DNA of 64,000 nucleotides from Octopus sinensis (GCF_006345805.1 NC_043025.1:15438001-15502000); one strand, 5' to 3'. Shown: positions 1 through 13,470, counted from the stretch's first letter. Translations and numbers: made by a program. Notes: a model not told the origin generated them from the letters alone.

Positions 1-315
1 TCCACTCACAAGAGTTTGGTTGGCCTGAGGCTATAGTAGAAGATATTTGCCTGAAGTGCCATGCAATGGGACTGAACCCAGAGTCATGTGCTTTGGAAGC
101 AAACTTCTTACCACACAGCCACAACCACAAAAAAATATGTAAAAATACTTTGACCACAAAATCCACTTACAAATAAATAAATCCATCCATCCGTCCATCT
201 GTCCGTTTGTCTGTCTGTCTATCTGTCCATTTCTATCTATCTATCTGTCTGTCTGTCTGTCTCTCTCTCTATCTATCTATCTATCTCTCTATCTATCTAT
301 CTGTCTGTCTGTCTC

Positions 316-346
<31 letters not shown>

Positions 347-758
347 ATCTATCCTTCCATCTATTTATCTGTCTGTCTGTCTCTCTCTCTCTCTCTATCA
401 CTCTCTCTACCCCTCTCTCCTGTTGACATAAGAAATTTATAAACTTTTGAGAGATCATCATTTCTTGTTTTGGAATAGTGGATCTTGAAACACACACATA
501 AAGCTACAAGTGAAACATGCAAAATATATTGGGCTGGAAAACCCATTTTTGATAGAAAAACTTAAAGGCTGCCCTCAACTTGTTTACCAAAGAATTTTCC
601 AACCTAATATTTTCCTGTTATTATTTATAGCTTTTGGTGTTGTTCCTAAACACATTATTTCCAAAGTATATCTGTGTGCGTGTGCACATATATATTTGTA
701 TGTTTGTGGTGCTGTGTTTATATGTGTGTGTGTATATATATATAGTGGAAGAAATAGC

Positions 759-935
759 TAAATTCTTTGGCTGCTATTTCTAAAAGTTCAGTATGTGGTA
801 AAGCAAATTTTTTTGCTGAACCCTAATTATATAAAGTAATGTTTAAGTTTACCATAAATGGTCCTTTTAACATACTGAACACTGCTTGGTAAAATTATTA
901 ATTACTAATTAATTAATTAATTTTACCCTTTATTA
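759..935 (+). repeat. (TA)n-flanked hairpin-family element, half copy; near-identical reverse copy at 30861-31072, fuller copies at 33001-33250 and 50987-51240
   Basis: Shared gctgctatttctaaaagttcagtatgtggtaaagcaaa...ttaattttaccctttattattattg. Confidence 0.75.
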
Positions 936-950
936 TTATTGATATATATG

Positions 951-983
<33 letters not shown>

Positions 984-1109
984 TCCTGTTTTATGTGTGT
1001 GTGTACTTAGATATATTTGCATATGTGTACCTATCTGCATCATGTGTGTATGTGTGTAATGTTCTCAGGGTGTAGGTCTCCAAACTGAACCTGTTTAATA
1101 TCCTTACAG

Positions 1110-1419
1110 AATTCCTCAAGGTCTTCAGGGCCCAGTTCCGAGAAGCGGTCACGCACCTCTGCAAGATTGTCGTCCAACAGCCACCATGACTACCAGCTAG
1201 TGTCCAGCACTGCTGGTAACCCCACCTACACATCTGGCCAGACATCAGTGCGGAACGGGCGTGGCCCAGCATCAGCAAACACACAACGCCGGTGCCATGA
1301 GTGTGACATTTGGAAGAAGATGACAACAGAGACAGTGAGTCGGTTGGCGACGAAGGAGGCTGACTGCGAGATGCACGTCAACCGCATCCTACAGCTGGAA
1401 CAACAACTGAAGGAATCAG
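1110..1419 (+). CDS. BEN-domain coiled-coil protein, first coding exon visible in window (gene is 5'-incomplete)
   Basis: Acceptor tccttacag|AAT at 1110 and donor TCAG|gtgagt after 1419. Open frame NSSRSSGPSSEKRSR...DCEMHVNRILQLEQQLKES, ends phase 1. Confidence 0.85.
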
Positions 1420-1466
1420 GTGAGTGGGAGGGGACAAAGCCATTCCACTTGTGACCATCACATATA

Positions 1467-3087
1467 TGGCTGCTATTTCTACCAGGTCTAGCTACCATGT
1501 AGAGGTCTTCCTCATTGGCTCATACATACATATATACATACATAAGAGAGTAGGGTGTGATTTGAGGGAGATTTGGCTGCTATTTCTACCAGGTCTAGCT
1601 ACCATGTAGAGGTCTCCCTCATTGGCTCATACATACATATATACATACATAAGAGAGTAGGGTGTGATTTGAGGGAGATTTGGCTGCTATTTCTAGCAGG
1701 TCTAGCTACCATGTAGAGGTCTCCCTCATTGGCTCATACATACATATATACATACATAAGAGAGTAGGGTGTGATTTGAGGGAGATTTGGCTACTATTTC
1801 TAGCAGGTCTAGCTACCATGTAGAGGTCTCCCTCATTGGCTCATACATACATAAGAGAGTAGGGTGTGATTTGAGGGAGATTTGGCTGCTATTTCTACCA
1901 GGTCTAGCTACCATGTAGAGGTCTCCCTCATTGGCTCATACATACATATATACATACATAAGAGAGTAGGGTGTGATTTGAGGGAGATTTGGCTGCTATT
2001 TCTACCAGGTCTAGCTACCATGTAGAGGTCTCCCTCATTGGCTCATACATACATATATACATACATAAGAGAGTAGGGTGTGATTTGAGGGAGATTTGGC
2101 TGCTATTTCTAGCAGGTCTAGCTACCATGTAGAGGTCTCCCTCATTGGCTCATACATACATATATACATACATAAGAGAGTAGGGTGTTGTTTGAGGGAG
2201 ATTTGGCTGCTATTTCTAGCAGGTCTAGCTACCATGTAGAGGTCTCCCTCATTGGCTCATACTTACATATATACATACATAAGAGAGTAGGGTGTGATTT
2301 GAGGGAGATTTGGCTGCTATTTCTAGCAGGTCTAGCTACCATGTAGAGGTCTCCCTCATTGGCTCATACATACATATATACATACATAAGAGAGTAGGGT
2401 GTGATTTGAGGGAGATTTGGCTGCTATTTCTAGCAGGTCTAGCTACCATGTAGAGGTCTCACTCATTGGCTCATACATACATATATATATACATAAGAGA
2501 GTAGGGTGTGATTTGAGGGAGATTTGGCTGCTATTTCTAGCAGGTCTAGCTACCATGTAGAGGTCTCCCTCATTGGCTCATACATACATATATACATACA
2601 TAAGAGAGTAGGGTGTGATTTGAGGGAGATTTGGCTACTATTTCTAGCAGGTCTAGCTACCATGTAGAGGTCTCCCTCATTGGCTCATACATACATATAT
2701 ACATACATAAGAGAGTAGGGTGTGATTTGAGGGAGATTTGGCTGCTATTTCTACCAGGTCTAGCTACCATGTAGAGGTCTCCCTCATTGGCTCATACATA
2801 CATATATACATACATAAGAGAGTAGGGTGTTGTTTGAGGGAGATTTGGCTGTTATTTCTAGCAGGTCTAGCTACCATGTAGAGGTCTCCCTCATTGGCTC
2901 ATACATACATATATACATACATAAGAGAGTAGGGTGTTGTTTGAGGGAGATTTGGCTGTTATTTCTAGCAGGTCTAGCTACCATGTAGAGGTCTCCCTCA
3001 TTGGCTCATACATACATATATACATACATACATAAGAGAGTAGGGTGTGATTTGAGGGAGATTTGGCTGCTATTTCTACCAGGTCTA
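1467..3087 (+). repeat. 107-bp minisatellite, about 15 near-identical units (one unit 12 bp shorter)
   Basis: gctgctatttct recurs at 1469, 1576, 1683 and onward. Intronic in the BEN gene. Confidence 0.97.
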
Positions 3088-3484
3088 ATAAGTTGATCTT
3101 CAATTTTGATGGTGTTTTTGTCTCTAATAAGGGTCTACTCCTGCTCTTTCTGTTGCCCTTTTTCCGTCTCAGAATTGGCAGATGGCTTGAAGGTTAAAAA
3201 CTGGTTGAATTAGGTTCTCAACTCTACAACTGTTGAGGAATATTAAATTGTTCAACAGCACCTTCCTTTATTATCATTATATTGTCATTGGCTGCTATTT
3301 CTATCTTTGTATCTCCACCATCAGCATCATTGTCATCATTATCATCATCAACCTCTACCTCTACCCCACACCACTGCCTTGTATCACTTCAGCCTTCAAA
3401 GCTTCCATTCTTCTTGAAATCTGCCAAAAAAACAAATCATGCTCCACCATTTATTCTTCTTCCTTCTTTTTCTCTAAGACTTAT

Positions 3485-4675
3485 TCACTGTTCACTCTCT
3501 GTTCATTATTCACTCCCCATTCATTGTTCTAATCACTGTTCACTCTCTGTTCATTATTCACTCCCCGTTCATTGTTCTAATCACTGTTCACTCTCTGTTC
3601 ATTATTCACTCCCCATTCATTGTTCTAATCACTGTTCACTCTCTGTTCATTATTCACTCCCCGTTCATTGTTCGAATCACTGTTCACTCTCTGTTCATTA
3701 TTCACTCCCCGTTCATTGTTCGAATCACTGTTCACTCTCTGTTCATTGTTCTATTCACTGTTCCCCCCTGTACATTATTCTGTCCTCTGTTCACTTCCTG
3801 TGCCTGATTCTATTCTCTGTTCACTGTTCACCCCTGTGCCTAATCTGTTCACTGTTCACGTCATGTGCCTTATTCTGTTCACTGTTCACCCCTGTACATT
3901 ATTCTGTTCACTGTTCACCCCTGTGCCTTATTCTGCCCTCTGTTCACCCCCTGTGCCTTATTCTGCCCTCTGTTCACCCCCTGTGCCTTATTCTGTCCTC
4001 TGTTCACCCCCTGTGCCTTATTCTGCCCTCTGTTCACCCCCTGTGCCTTATTCTGTCCTCTGTTCACCCCCTGTGCCTTATTCTGTCCTCTGTTCACCCC
4101 CTGTGCCTTATTCTGCCCTCTGTTCACCCCCTGTGCCTTATTCTGCCCTCTGTTCACCCCCTGTGCCTTATTCTGCCCTCTGTTCACCCCCTGTGCCTTA
4201 TTCTGCCCTCTGTTCACCCCCTGTGCCTTATTCTGTCCTCTGTTCACCCCCTGTGCCTTATTCTGCCCTCTGTTCACCCCCTGTGCCTTATTCTGCCCTC
4301 TGTTCACCCCCTGTGCCTTATTCTGCCCTCTGTTCACCCCCTGTGCCTTATTCTGCCCTCTGTTCACCCCCTGTGCCTTATTCTGCCCTCTGTGCCTTAT
4401 TCTGCCCTCTGTTCACCCCCTGTGCCTTATTCTGTCCTCTGTTCACCCCCTGTGCCTTATTCTGTCCTCTGTTCACCCCCTGTGCCTTATTCTGTCCTCT
4501 GTTCACCCCCTGTGCCTTATTCTGCCCTCTGTTCACCCCCTTTACCTTATTCTGTCCTCTGTTCCACCCCTGTGCCTTATTCTGCCCTCTGTTAACCCCC
4601 TGTGCCTTATTCTGCCCTCTGTTCACCCCCCTGTGCCTTATTCTGCCCTCTGTTCACCCCCCTGTGCCTTATTCT
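3485..4675 (+). repeat. Composite minisatellite: about 5.5 x 48 bp, transitional units, then about 25 x 30 bp
   Basis: 48-mer tcactgttcactctctgttcattattcactccccattcattgttctaa; 30-mer ctgttcaccccctgtgccttattctgccct. Confidence 0.95.
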
Positions 4676-5308
4676 GCTTGCTGTTCCAACAGTTTTGGTT
4701 GCTTTTTTCTGATGACTTCTAGTGTACCCAACCGCTGTATACAGTAAGTTCATTATATATCTCACCTGTATTCACACCTGCTTCCACTGTTCCTTGAGGG
4801 GATGTCCTGATACATCTCCACCACCATCTCTCTCTCTCTCTCCATCCCTTTCTCACTAAATCTCTCTTTCTCTCCTTCTCCAACCCAGCGTATCTTTCTA
4901 TCTCTTCTACAGCTAGACTCCCATCTCTGTCCCTCTGTTATTCTTTTAATCTCTCATCAACTGGCACACGACCCTCAATCCTCCTCTCCCCCTCGAGGGG
5001 GACTGTGTCTTGTCTTGCAAGGGACATGGTGACCCTACTGGTGCTGGTGCTATGCACGCTATTAAGAGGTTGGCATTAGGAAGAGCATCCAGCTTTGAAA
5101 GCAACAGAGCTGGGCACAGCCCTCTTGCTTTGCAGTTCATCATACCATCCAACCCATGCCAACGGACATTAAGTAATCATCACCACTATCATCATCATCA
5201 TCACCATCATCTTTGTCGTCATCATCATCACTATCATCATCATCATTGTTTGTAATATATTAATTTTTATTGGTTATGTGTTTTTTTTTTGGTTTATTTT
5301 GTTTGTAG

Positions 5309-5578
5309 CGTCGCAGGTGTCATCGTTGACGGAGGCGGTGCACACTCGGTCGAGCGACTGCCAACAGTACATGCAGCGGATCAAACAGCTGGAGCAGCAA
5401 CTGCTGCACCTGCTGCAGCAAGACAATCCACAGCAGAATCAACAGAAAATACTGCAACAGATACAGCACCAAGTGCAGCAGCAACAACAACAACAACAAC
5501 AACAGCAGCAGCAACAGCAACAACACAACTCCCTGTTACGCCAGACTGCACCTGATGTCACCATTGCAAGTCACTCAG
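5309..5578 (+). CDS. BEN-domain protein exon (coiled coil + polyQ)
   Basis: Acceptor gtttgtag|CG completes G+CG=Ala from the previous exon. Encodes SQVSSLTEAVHTRSSDCQQYMQRIKQLEQQL...polyQ...ASHS. Donor CAG|gtgcga is weaker, phase 1. Confidence 0.8.
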
Positions 5579-5806
5579 GTGCGAAATCTGCTTTCGGATC
5601 TCCGGTCCGATTAATCCCTTTTCTTACCAAATTTTTATCGAAATGCTTTGCCTTTTGTTTCATTAATTCAGAATAATAATAATAATAATAATAATGAAAT
5701 TATTGTATACAGTGCTCAGGTGCACCACAACTTGTCAAAAAGTGTGTATAAAGTATATGCAGTAATGTAGAAATGTCTGGAAAGCGAACAGTGTATGAGT
5801 CAGGTA

Positions 5807-6320
5807 CATGCTTGCTTGTGTGTATGGAGGGGAGAAAGATCAGGTGTAGTGTTGGCGAATCTCTCAGGAAGCATGGAAGTTTTGAAGGATGCAGTGCTCC
5901 GACAACCAACAACTGATGCCGGCAGTTTGTTCCATGCTTCAGCGTGTGTATGGAGGGGAGAAAGATCAGGTGTAGTGTTGGCGAATCTCTCAGGAAGCAT
6001 GGAAGTTTTGAAGGATGCAGTGCTCCGACAACCAACAACTGATGCCGGCAGTTTGTTCCATGCTTCAGCGTGTGTATGGAGGGGAGAAAGATCAGGTGTA
6101 GTGTTGGCGAATCTCTCAGGAAGCATGGAAGTTTTGAAGGATGCAGTGCTCCGACAACCAACAACTGATGCCGGCAGTTTGTTCCATGCTTCAGCGTGTG
6201 TATGGAGGGGAGAAAGATCAGGTGTAGTGTTGGCGAATCTCTCAGGAAGCATGGAAGTTTTGAAGGATGCAGTGCTCCGACAACTAACAACTGATGCCAG
6301 AGTTTGTTCCTTGCTTCAGC
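5807..6320 (+). repeat. 126-bp tandem repeat x4
   Basis: Unit starts at about 5807, 5933, 6059 and 6185; inner units identical. Confidence 0.95.
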
Positions 6321-6467
6321 AATTCTTAGCGTGAAAAAATGTTTCCTAAAGTCATGGGAGCTGTGCTGTTTTCTGACTTTGTAAATATGTCCACGGGTGT
6401 TAGACGGGTGGTGTTTGAAAAGGTGCTCAGAGTTATTATTTGTAAGATGAAGAAACTGCTAATTGGT

Positions 6468-6815
6468 AGTATGGCTGTTGGGTAGGAAGCTTGGTTTCAG
6501 GTTTAGTTTCTCTGTGTGGCACTTTGGGCCGACCAAAGCCTTGTGGGTGGATTTGGTAGACAAAAACTGAAAGAAGCCCATGGTATGTGTGTGTTTGTGT
6601 TTGTGCTTGTGTTTGTCCCCCACCACTGCTTGACAACCGGTGTTGGTACATTTATATCCCTGTAACTTAGTGGTTCAGCAAAAAAGACTGATAGAATAAG
6701 AGCCAGGCTTAAAAAAGAAATAAGTCCGGGAATCAATTCACTCGACTAAAAATGCCAGAAAGCGGTGCCCCAGCATGGCCGCAGTCCAGTGACTGAAACA
6801 AGTTGAAAATAAGAA
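6468..6815 (+). mobile_element. SINE family B
   Basis: Colinear with the family B consensus. Confidence 0.78.
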
Positions 6816-7218
6816 ATCAGAGAAAATGCTCAACAGCATTTGTTTTGGCTGTCTATGTTCTGAGTTCAAATCCCACCGAGGTCAACTTTGCCTTTCATCT
6901 TTTTTGAGGTTAATGGAATAAGAACAAGTTGAGCATTTGGGGGTCAATATAATGAAAACCCCCAACTCCTCCAATATTTCAAGCCTTGTACCTATAGTAA
7001 ATTATTATTATTATTATTATTATTATTAAGGTGGTGAGCTAGCAGACTTGTTAGCATGCTGGATGAAAGGGTTAGTGGTATTTTGTCTCTCCTGATGTTC
7101 TGAGTTCAAATTCTGCCAAGCTCGACTTTGCCTTTCACTCTTTCGGGGGCCAAAAAAATTAAGTACTAATCGACTATCGCTCCCCCAAATTTCAGGCCTT
7201 GTGCCTATAGTAGAAAGG

Positions 7219-7264
<46 letters not shown>

Positions 7265-7266
<2 letters not shown>

Positions 7267-7758
7267 GAGTGAGAGAGCAGTGCATGCCATCAAAGTGACA
7301 CTGGGGAAAAAAAAGGCCAGTATACCCACAATGACTACCCGTCTGATAAGGGTACACCAGGCATATGCATCACAACCATATGTGCGCGACATGGTGATCT
7401 CATATCAAGATAAACAGTGCATGACCTTGCAGGTGGGGCCCAGTTAGAATTTTCTTCTGGTTGAGTAACCCATCCTGCTCAAAAGGTTCCCTGAATAAGG
7501 GTTGTTTAAGGATGTTGAACGAAACACCTATGTTTCCAGAGGTGAATTATCCAAACCCCAAAGAATCCCTCTCAACACATGGCTATGATGCTCCCCCACT
7601 ACTTCTCCTCGTGATCAGAGATGCACATATCGTCAGCCACTAAGGGACATGCTCAACTGGTTATGGTCAAACAACTGACAAGCAAATCTGTGGTATTGAG
7701 CTGAATATTTGCTGTAGCCCATCTTTTATACCAAGACAAAACAATGTACATGATAACA
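7265..7758 (-). mobile_element. About 550-bp non-coding element embedded in (TAA)n tracts, truncated copy
   Basis: Colinear with 12419-12972; (ATT)n at both ends. Confidence 0.75.
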
Positions 7759-8071
7759 ATTATTATTATTATTATTATTATTGTTATTATTATTATTATT
7801 AAGGCAGTGAGGTGGCAAACTCGTTAGCATGCTTTGATGAAAGGGTTAGTGGTATTTCGTCCATCCTGACATTTCAAGTTCAAATTCCGCTGAGGTCAAC
7901 TTTGCCTTTCTTCCTTTTGAGGGGTCAATGAATTAGCATGTCGGAGAAAATACTTGTTGGTGTATCATCTGGCTCTTTGTGTTTTGAGTTCAAATCCCAT
8001 CAAGATCAGCTTTGCATTTTATTCTTTCAGGGTTCTCGTTAATAATGCCCTGGACTTGCTGAACAAACTCG

Positions 8072-8489
8072 GGATTTTTTCGGTTTGAACGGCAGTTTTT
8101 TCTAGCAGTGTCATATGAAATTGTCACCCATAATTATGACCCTAGTATCAATCTATTGCATTTCAATCTGATTTAGGGTTAGGGTTATGGGTGGGGGAAG
8201 GGTATCTTTTTTTCTTCACAAATGTAAATAAACCCAATCTGTTTCTTAAACGGGGGACATATTCATACGGCACAGAATGTTTTTTACCTCAATAGACGTC
8301 ATTGATTGGTTGAAATTGCAGAAATTACAGAAAAAAATCAACAAATATCTTACAAACTATAGAATTTTCTCAATAAAGCCGAGAGAAAAAGATGTTTTAT
8401 AAACACATTCTACCAGTATACGAAGTTTAAAAGTGTTTAGTTACGTGGAAATTATTTAAAAAAAACTGCCGTTCAAACTGAAAAGATCC
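8072..8489 (+). mobile_element. MITE (about 410 bp, about 29-bp TIR GGATCTTTTCGGTTTGAACGGCAGTTTTT, 8-bp TSD)
   Basis: Perfect TSD CAAACTCG at 8064-8071 and 8490-8497. Confidence 0.9.
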
Positions 8490-8811
8490 CAAACTCGACT
8501 TTTCTGACTGTCAAGAAAGTCTTATCTTTCAGCCACGGAAGACATATTCTTGCCAGAGTCCAGGAGCTCTTTTCTGGTCTTAAACACGAGGGACCTGGTG
8601 ACATTTAAGATGATTAAAACCTCAGAATCCCAGTGGTTGATGGTTAAGGTGACAAGAGTAGCGTCCCTTCTCATCGCCTGCATCGGATGAGAAGCTGACA
8701 CGTTGAGGGCTGAGAAAGAGAGGGAAGACATTTAGGTTGTTAAGACATTTATGGGTGTTAAAAGTTTTGTTTGCTTTGCTGACACACCTTGCATGGCTGT
8801 GTGTGCATATC

Positions 8812-9146
8812 GGGACCCCCTTCGGTCACGACACTGACCATGGGATTGCACCTAGAAAGTTACCCTCCTAGTCCCAAGTCCGGGCAAGGTTGTTTATGGA
8901 GACCAGCAGTCGCCCATGCATACCGGCCTCCCCTCTCTACGTCACCAGTGTTATCCAAGGGAAAGACAAAGGCCGATACAGCTTGGCACCTGTGACGTCG
9001 CAACTCATTTCTACAGCTGAGTGAACTGGAGCAACGTGAAATAAAGTGCCTTGCTCGAGAACACAACACGCAGCCCGGTCCGGGATTCGAGCTCACAACC
9101 TCACGATCGTAAGCTCGACGATCTAACCACTGAGCCATGCGTCTTC
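8812..9146 (-). mobile_element. SINE family D
   Basis: Reverse complement of the 11165 copy. Confidence 0.85.
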
Positions 9147-9150
9147 ACTG

Positions 9151-9237
<87 letters not shown>

Positions 9238-10999
9238 CTATTATATAAAATCCGTTCTGTCTCAGGCATCCTCCATCCGATTGCTCTCAATTTTGATATG
9301 TAGATACCGATGGTATCAGGGCGTGTATAAGTCTTGAAAAAATTACAAAAATCGATTCCAGATGAGAATGCGATCGATAAAGCCGTGGGAACGTGCATTT
9401 GTAAAATCGTTTTTCTTAGAACAGACAAAAAGTCTATCTTTATTTCTTCTTTTGCTGGTGTCTCAAATTTAAGTTAAATCAGTGTTTCTCAAAGGGGTGG
9501 CCTATGGGACGGTTGGACAAGTTGTTTTGAGAAAATTTGGTCTAAATGTTTGACAACTCAGCACCGTCCATTGGACGTGGGGGGGGGGGGCTTTTGCTCT
9601 TATATATATATATATATATATATATAATAAATTAATAAATAAAACACATGCATTTATACATACATATATGTACGTACCTACCTCTACATGTATATATACA
9701 TGCATATATGGGTACAGGACACCAAAAAAACGTCGAACACAATGAGAAACGAAAACATAAACACAAAACCAAGGAACTGGACATTTTTCTTAAACAACGA
9801 AAAAATAGAGTATAGGACAAATAACACAAGGAAAATTCCCCTTCTTCAGTCGCCATGGTTTCATCGAAGGCGATACGCATCTTCGATTGAAACTTTCCTT
9901 CCCGCGAAAAGCAAATTAAATAAAATTTGAGATCTTTTTGCGGAGGGGTAAAAATGGTAACAGAAACAGGACAGTAACGACAGTACAAAATATAAACAGT
10001 AAAAGACAGGGCAAGGAGAACATATATATGTTTATATAAAATTGCTCCATCTTCACAGATGATTACTCTCCCCTTGCACATCCTCCTCGTCAATATAATT
10101 TCTCACTTTCCATCCATGACCTCTCGAGTGACTTTTCAGTCCCACTGCATGATTTGGAGCATAGGCGACCAACAAAAGTTGTAACTTATTCTACACCTCC
10201 AAATGGTTAGGTTTGACACAAAGCCACAGGACTTTCAGTCGATGGAATGGCAAATAACAGGTGAGGTCACCATAAAGAAACGTCTTATGTTGTTGGATTA
10301 TAGTGATAGACCCTTGTAGAACACGAGTACCACTCTCTAAGTCTCCATGGGTTTTACATCAGCATCTCCCTTTCCAAGAAGGATACTGTGACAACAGCTA
10401 GGAGTCCATCGCTGCTTGTGCTTTTACTCTGTTCCCTGACACCAACCAGAGGTATTTCTGCGTCTCTGTGCTCAGATGGGGTGTCATCACATATGCTAGT
10501 AAGTCTGTAGCTGACACCCTGAGAGGTGCTGCTACTCTGGGTTAGGCTGGGAACAATAGGGGTTCCACATTTTTCAAAAACCCTGAAATTCCCAGATCAG
10601 ACAAACCAGAGACCCACTACCGGATGCATGCCTACACACACACACACACATGTGATGGACTTCATTCAGTTTTTTGTTTACCAGATCTACTCACCATTGT
10701 TTGGTCAGCATGGGGCTAGAGTAGAAAACACTTGCCCAAAGTACCACGTGGTGGGATTGAACCAGCAACCTTGAGGTCATGAAGAAAACTTCTTTCTTTG
10801 TAATTCTTATTCAGATCCAGCTATGAGAACTGTGTCATCAGCATAGAAGTGTTCCCATTGATGGCCAGTCTGAAACCTGTCTGTTGTAGCCTTGGGTGTG
10901 GGGGGGTGTCTACATGGAAGAGGAGGGCAGGGGCTGAGAAATAAATATTTTTTTTGTTTACTTGTGTTTATTAACGACTTGACTTTCTTTCTGTTGCAG

Positions 11000-11091
11000 A
11001 CACATCCCAGTACACCTCTCCGATCACCTATGAGTTTGGTCGGCCCCGTGCGGGGTTCGGCATCAGCAAGACTGTTGTTGACAAATATAAG
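11000..11091 (+). CDS. BEN-domain protein exon
   Basis: Acceptor ctttctgttgcag|AC (G+AC=Asp). DTSQYTSPITYEFGRPRAGFGISKTVVDKYK. Donor AAG|gtaatt, phase 0. Confidence 0.8.
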
Positions 11092-11164
11092 GTAATTTTA
11101 ATTAATATGTAATTAAGACTTTTTTTGTTTTTGTTCTTTTGTTACAAGTTACTCCTTAGATCTG

Positions 11165-11503
11165 TGAAGGCGCATGGCTCAGTGGTTAGAGCATCGAGCT
11201 TATGATCTTGAGGTTGTGAGCTCGAATCCCGGACCGGGCTGCATGTTGTCTTCTTGAGCAAGGCACTTTATTTCACATTGCTCCAGTTCACTCAGCTGGC
11301 AAAAATGAGTTGTGACGTCACAGGTGCCAAGCTGTATCAGCCCCTTTGTCTTTCCCTTGGATAACACTGGTGGCGTGGAGAGGGGAGGACGGTATGCATG
11401 GGCGACTGCTGGCCTTCCATAAAACAACCTTGCCCAGACTTGTGCCTGAGTGGGTAACTTTCTAGGTGCAATCCCACGGTCAGTCATGACCGAAGGGGAT
11501 CTC
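11165..11503 (+). mobile_element. tRNA-head SINE family D
   Basis: GGCGCATGGCTCAGTGGTTAGAGC...GCTCGAATCCC head. Reverse copy at 8812-9146, partial copy at 17345-17585. Confidence 0.85.
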
Positions 11504-12418
11504 AATCAATCTCAATCAACCCCTTAGATCTGGCAGATCTATTAAGAACTAAAAGGGTCCAACTGGTTGGGGGGAGATTTGGCTGCTATTTACGGTGGGT
11601 CTAGCTATCATATAGAGGTTTCCCTCATGGGATGATATAAACATAAAACAGTAAGGTATGATTTGAGGGAGATTTGGCTGCTATTTCTACCAAATAAACA
11701 CCTATATCAATTCTTTGCAGCACTGTCTCTGTCCAACAATATAACCTTAACTGGCCCTTGTCACCCTCTCTCTCTATTCTTAAGGGACAAGACACCCCTA
11801 TTTTAGTCCACTTGATCTGTTATCATCCTGCCTTTTATTCAGACATGGTGTATCTAGGACTACATTATCTAATGTGCTTTCCTTGTTGCTTAGCCCCAGG
11901 TCAGACCTATGATCAAAGACATTCCATTTGTGACCATCCTGTCTTTTATTGAGCCATAATGTCTCTAGGATTACATTATCAAAGAATTCATTTTTTAAAA
12001 AAAAAACATTGAGAGTGATTTAAGGAATACTTGTCAGCTATTTTCAGGGGCCATGTAACGGCTTCCTTTCTGATCAACAGGGGTCCAGTGAAAATGGTCA
12101 GTAATTTTGAATGGTCCTTGTTGGTGTTTATGCTGAGATGGCCATTGTTGGACAAACATGTATGTGGGTATAATTTTATGAGAAGACACACAGCATCCAT
12201 TCACAAACACAGGAAAATTGTTTACTTCACATAGACATCAGTTTGGTTCAGTGACCAGGTTACCGGATGTGTGAGGAAAATTTTGACAGCAGCTCATAAA
12301 TGCTTACCCCTTTGGCATTCAGGTTATTCTGTCAAATGTAATTCTTATTCATACTTGGGAAATTTTCAAAAGGATTTTCAGAGTGAATTATTATTTTTAT
12401 TTTTATTATTATTATTAT

Positions 12419-12972
12419 TGATTGAGAGAGCAGTACATGCATCCAAGTGACACTGGGGTAAAATATACGAAGCCCAATATACCCATCATGACTACCCGTC
12501 TGATAAGGGTACACCAGGCACATGCATCACAACCATATGTGCGCAACATGGTGATCTCATAACAAGATAAACAGCGCATGACCTTGCAGGTGGGGCCCAG
12601 TTAGAATTTTCTTCAGGTTGAGTAGCCCATCCTGCTCAAGATGTCCTTGAATAAGGATTGTTTCAGGGTGTTGAATGAAACACCCATGTTTCCAGAGGTG
12701 AATTATCCAAACCCCAAAGAATCCCTCTCAACACATGGCTATGATGCTCCCCCACTACTTCTGCTCGTGATCAGAGATGCACATCGTCAGCCACTAAGGG
12801 ACATGCTCAACTGGTTAAGATCAAACAACTGACAAGCAAATCTGTGGTATTGAGCAGAATATTTGCTGTAGCCCATCTTTTATACCAAGACAAAACAATG
12901 TACATGATAACACTTCCAATCAGTTAAGATCAGAAGCCATGGGAGCCACTGCCTGGGACTGCATCAGGGCAT
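12419..12972 (-). mobile_element. About 550-bp non-coding element embedded in (TAA)n tracts
   Basis: Second, longer copy, also bounded by ATT repeats. Confidence 0.75.
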
Positions 12973-13194
12973 TACTATTATTATATGCCTGACCTTTGCT
13001 TTGTATTTGTACAAGTTGGCTCCAAGTCTCACCCAGAGACTTCAAGAGACAAGTTGGAAGCTCGAGTTGGTGTTAGGCTTAGGGTGCCATATATTTGGTT
13101 TTGCACAAAGTATTGTTCTAGAGAATGTTTAAGAAACCATAAGTTTGTTTTAAAATTTGAGATTACATAGACAGTATTTTACGTAGGATATGGG

Positions 13195-13470
13195 CAGTTC
13201 CCATGAGTTCCACTGACAACAGGTATTGTTTTAGTCTTGAGGTTCCACATTTTACCAATTTCTGTTTCAAGATCTTTATACTTGCTCAGTTTTTGGTAGG
13301 TTCCAATTCTAATCTTCTTCAGTCTTTGAGACAGCATTTTTATCTGCTGTGCCAAGTGCACCAATTACCAAAGAAATAATTATTGACTTGGTCTTCCAGT
13401 CTCCTCACTTCTTTGGCTAAATTCTGATATTTCTCCATTTTATCAATTTCCTTGACATCAACTTTGCTAT
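13195..13470 (-). mobile_element. Remnants of an R4/Dong-like LINE C-terminal restriction-like endonuclease region (two fragments)
   Basis: KLSKYKDLETEIGKMWNLKTKTIPVV and KMEKYQNLAKEVRRL, adjacent to a (TAA)n tract. Confidence 0.55.

Noticed and set aside
3282-4747. ORFs of 437, 359 and 285 aa
   Set aside because: Stop-free translations of the 48/30-bp minisatellite in all three frames; no splice or domain support.
1467-6320. Regular repeats as a CRISPR array
   Set aside because: Units are contiguous with no unique spacers, the DNA is eukaryotic intron, and there are no cas genes.
9236-9430. Helitron-like 5' end (TCTATTATATAAAATCCG...)
   Set aside because: No 3' hairpin-CTRR end found and only one copy in the window.
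9830-9900. Minus-strand CUGAAGA and hairpin-GAAAC motifs as a hammerhead
   Set aside because: The motifs are in the wrong order and the CUGAAGA is not followed by stem II-GAAA; no complete core.
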